Origin: Methanobacteriota archaeon
Lineage (GTDB): Archaea; Thermoplasmatota; Thermoplasmata; UBA10834
Assembly (NCBI GenBank): GCA_020348345.1
Contig: CP070748.1
Location: forward strand, 875,196 to 939,195
Direction: 5' to 3'
Length of the DNA: 64,000 nucleotides
This document shows positions 62,183-64,000 of this stretch, in pieces. Every line of letters starts with the position of its first letter. The stretch's first letter is position 1. A model generated the notes under the pieces. It searched no databases. It saw only the letters and a list, made by a program, of their open reading frames with translations, and had not been told where the DNA came from. The translations under genes and the position numbers were made by a program.

Positions 62183-62722
62183 ATGGCGATGAAATGCATG
62201 GGTTGCGGCAGGCAAATTGCGGAAGAGGTGAAGTTCTGCCAATACTGCGGACACAGCATTCCCGGACCAGAAGAGCTGCCACAACGCCAACCAGCGCAAT
62301 CAGCAAGCAAGGGCGGCATGAGCTCAGCCCTGGTCGTAGTGTTGGTTGTTGTTGCTGCAGTGGTGGTTGTTGGAGCAGTCATTGGCGTGCTATGGTTGTC
62401 ATCAACGACTCATGGAGAGCCGGACCTTCGGGAGAACCTGACTCTCTACTATGTCGAAGGCTGGGACTATTGGGATGATGGCTATGTGTCCGTAGAAGGC
62501 ACTGTCTACAACTACGGAGATACGGGATGCTTCGCGGCCCTTCATTGCACGATAAGCGATGATAGAGGCTGGTCTATCAGCCCGACCATCTACCTAGGCT
62601 GGATTGGGCCAAATGGAGATTCTGTCTATGTGGAACAAGAGTACAATTGGCCCGACAACTACAACGATATGTACGCAGATGGCGATTCTCTCCATTGGAC
62701 GTGCTATTTCACACATACGTAG
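62183..62722 (+). CDS. Zinc-ribbon / single-TM / extracytoplasmic-domain protein
   Basis: CMGCGRQIAEEVKFCQYCG ribbon, a hydrophobic VVVLVVVAAVVVVGAVIGVLWL helix, and an aromatic-rich C-terminal domain. SD-like GAGAGGA lies before the ATG. Confidence 0.5.
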   Translation: MAMKCMGCGRQIAEEVKFCQYCGHSIPGPEELPQRQPAQSASKGGMSSALVVVLVVVAAVVVVGAVIGVLWLSSTTHGEPDLRENLTLYYVEGWDYWDDGYVSVEGTVYNYGDTGCFAALHCTISDDRGWSISPTIYLGWIGPNGDSVYVEQEYNWPDNYNDMYADGDSLHWTCYFTHT

Positions 62723-62766
62723 AAGGCGTCCTCGCCTCAGAATAGCCTTGGTTTCGCCTTCGCGGA

Positions 62767-62794
62767 GAAAAGGCCAATTAGGAGCGGAATGCCA
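62767..62794 (+). repeat. Intergenic motif copy 3: GAAAAGGCCAATTAGGAGCGGAATGCCA
   Basis: Read directly. Lies 45 nt after the stop at 62722 and about 15 nt before TTG 62809. It has one 1-nt insertion and one substitution relative to copy 1. Confidence 0.7.
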
Positions 62795-62808
62795 ACGACA
62801 ATGGCTTA

Positions 62809-63213
62809 TTGGTGAACCAAGCATACAACGGGCAAGGGGATGACTTGGCGAAGAAGCTCAGCGTTCAGAAGACCTTCTGCCCGAACTGCGACAGGGAGTT
62901 CACGAACGTTACAGGATATTGCCAAAGCTGCAGAACAGAGGTACGTGTAGCAGGCGAGGGACTGGCTTCAGAATCAAACATCCGCTCTCGCAATGGATAC
63001 GATCTGCCGATGCGGGCGTCTTATTTCTTCTGGTTCGACCGACTCATCTTCACACGATTCTGGTACGTTCCGGTCCTTCTCATCTTGTCGACGGCGTCCG
63101 CTGTGCTCCTCGTGAGCCCTGATGTTGACCTCAACCCGGTTTTGATCCTCATTGTGACTGCCATCATTGCCCTCGTTGTTCTACTGACAGCGTGGAAGAC
63201 GCACAATGACTGA
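62809..63213 (+). CDS. Zinc-ribbon membrane protein
   Basis: CPNCDREFTNVTGYCQSCR ribbon plus two C-terminal TM helices. Non-ATG start (TTG 62809, GTG 62812 or TTG 62845). Confidence 0.45.
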   Translation: MVNQAYNGQGDDLAKKLSVQKTFCPNCDREFTNVTGYCQSCRTEVRVAGEGLASESNIRSRNGYDLPMRASYFFWFDRLIFTRFWYVPVLLILSTASAVLLVSPDVDLNPVLILIVTAIIALVVLLTAWKTHND

Positions 63214-63267
63214 CAGATTGGCCGAGACGCACGATCAAGCGTGGAATCCGGCAATGAGGAGTTTCCT

Positions 63268-63774
63268 TCATGACAGCCTGTCACCGATGTCTTTCAGAGT
63301 AACCGTATCGCAGATGTCCTCTGCGAATCGCACATGCTCCTCGTTTGCGGATGCTACGCATCCTCTCAACAGGTATGGGATGACGCCGAAATCAAAGGCG
63401 CTGAAATACGTAGCCAACACGCACCCGCTCGCGCTAAGCCCCACAATGACGATGGCGTCGCATCCCTCGCTCCGGAGCTTCTTCCCCAACTCCGGGTCGG
63501 CGAAGGCGTTCGCATGGCGCTTCGTGACTCTGAAGTCGCCCTCTTCGACGGCAATCGTATCCGGAACCTCGTAGCCCTCGGTGCCGCGCAGCACCCCCTC
63601 CTCCTCGTTCTCAGTGTAGCCAACGATAACGGGAAGGTTCTTGCTCCTGAACCATGCGATTGCACCGTTGATGGCATCTACGCGCTTCTCAACGGATCTT
63701 CGCAGGTCCTGGTTGCTATCAGGCTCATACAGCCATACATTCTGAATATCCTGAATGAACAGAGCCGGCTTCAT
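63268..63774 (-). CDS. Isochorismatase-family cysteine hydrolase
   Basis: ALFIQDIQN, LPVIVGYTE, KRHANAF and IVIVGLSASGCVLATY (nucleophile Cys). Start set at MKPALF; the track ORF to 63942 is rejected. Confidence 0.8.
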   Translation of the reverse strand: MKPALFIQDIQNVWLYEPDSNQDLRRSVEKRVDAINGAIAWFRSKNLPVIVGYTENEEEGVLRGTEGYEVPDTIAVEEGDFRVTKRHANAFADPELGKKLRSEGCDAIVIVGLSASGCVLATYFSAFDFGVIPYLLRGCVASANEEHVRFAEDICDTVTLKDIGDRLS

Positions 63775-64000
63775 CCCGATCAACCGCCTCAACGCATATG
63801 TCGCATATATTCGTTCCTGAGATGGCAACCGGCATTGGATGCGCGATTGACACCGTGAGCCAGTGATGGGCCGGAGCTCTATGTGACTAGTTCCCGTCAT
63901 ACAGGCCGCCCGGGCAAAAGATGCCAAGCACAACCAACCCATCTGAATATCAAAGGATATGTTATCACTTTTGATACAATCAGTGCAAATTTGTGAGCCA

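Noticed and set aside
61741-63267. Possible integrated element at tRNA-Val
   Set aside because: No integrase, no duplicated tRNA 3' segment (att-like direct repeat) and no obvious compositional break were seen. The only features are small membrane and zinc-ribbon genes and the short repeated motif.

Overview
The window is a gene-dense archaeal chromosomal segment, moderately GC-rich by eye. Archaeal markers are GGGP/DGGGP ether-lipid synthases, RadA, a class I CCA-adding enzyme, aCPSF2, Trm11/TrmG10, an intron-containing tRNA-Leu, and SD-like motifs with GTTATAA-type TATA boxes. There is no rRNA, CRISPR array, transposase or integrase. The dominant feature, at about 5.2-26.3 kb, is a tetrahydrofolate C1 (Wood-Ljungdahl methyl-branch type) island. 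It holds a Cys-type formate dehydrogenase, an OFA-family carboxylate transporter, an AMP-forming acyl/acetyl-CoA synthetase, FolD, Fhs, MetV-MetF and a bacterial-type PurH. Inside it are two paralogous three-gene cassettes: HdrA flavin core, then HdrA N-domain plus C-terminal ferredoxin, then MvhD. One cassette is coupled to an Fe-S protein and FdhA, the other to MetVF, and neither has adjacent HdrBC. This modular split-HdrA arrangement is my best candidate for an unusual system. Other notable items:
- a 172-aa mini-intein in the RadA P-loop
- an orphan non-Pyl MttB-family methyltransferase downstream of two tandem REC-PAS-histidine kinases
- a GvpD/KaiC-like double ATPase with a wHTH partner
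- a TiaS-kinase-domain-like protein
- a membrane HdrDE/DsrMK-like pair
- a conserved roughly 25-nt motif repeated three times in front of small membrane/zinc-ribbon genes downstream of tRNA-Val
- several zinc-ribbon ORFs under 60 aa that the ORF track misses
- two poorly explained non-coding stretches (14.6-15.0 kb and 48.1-49.05 kb)

All family assignments rest on motif recognition by eye. No database search was run.
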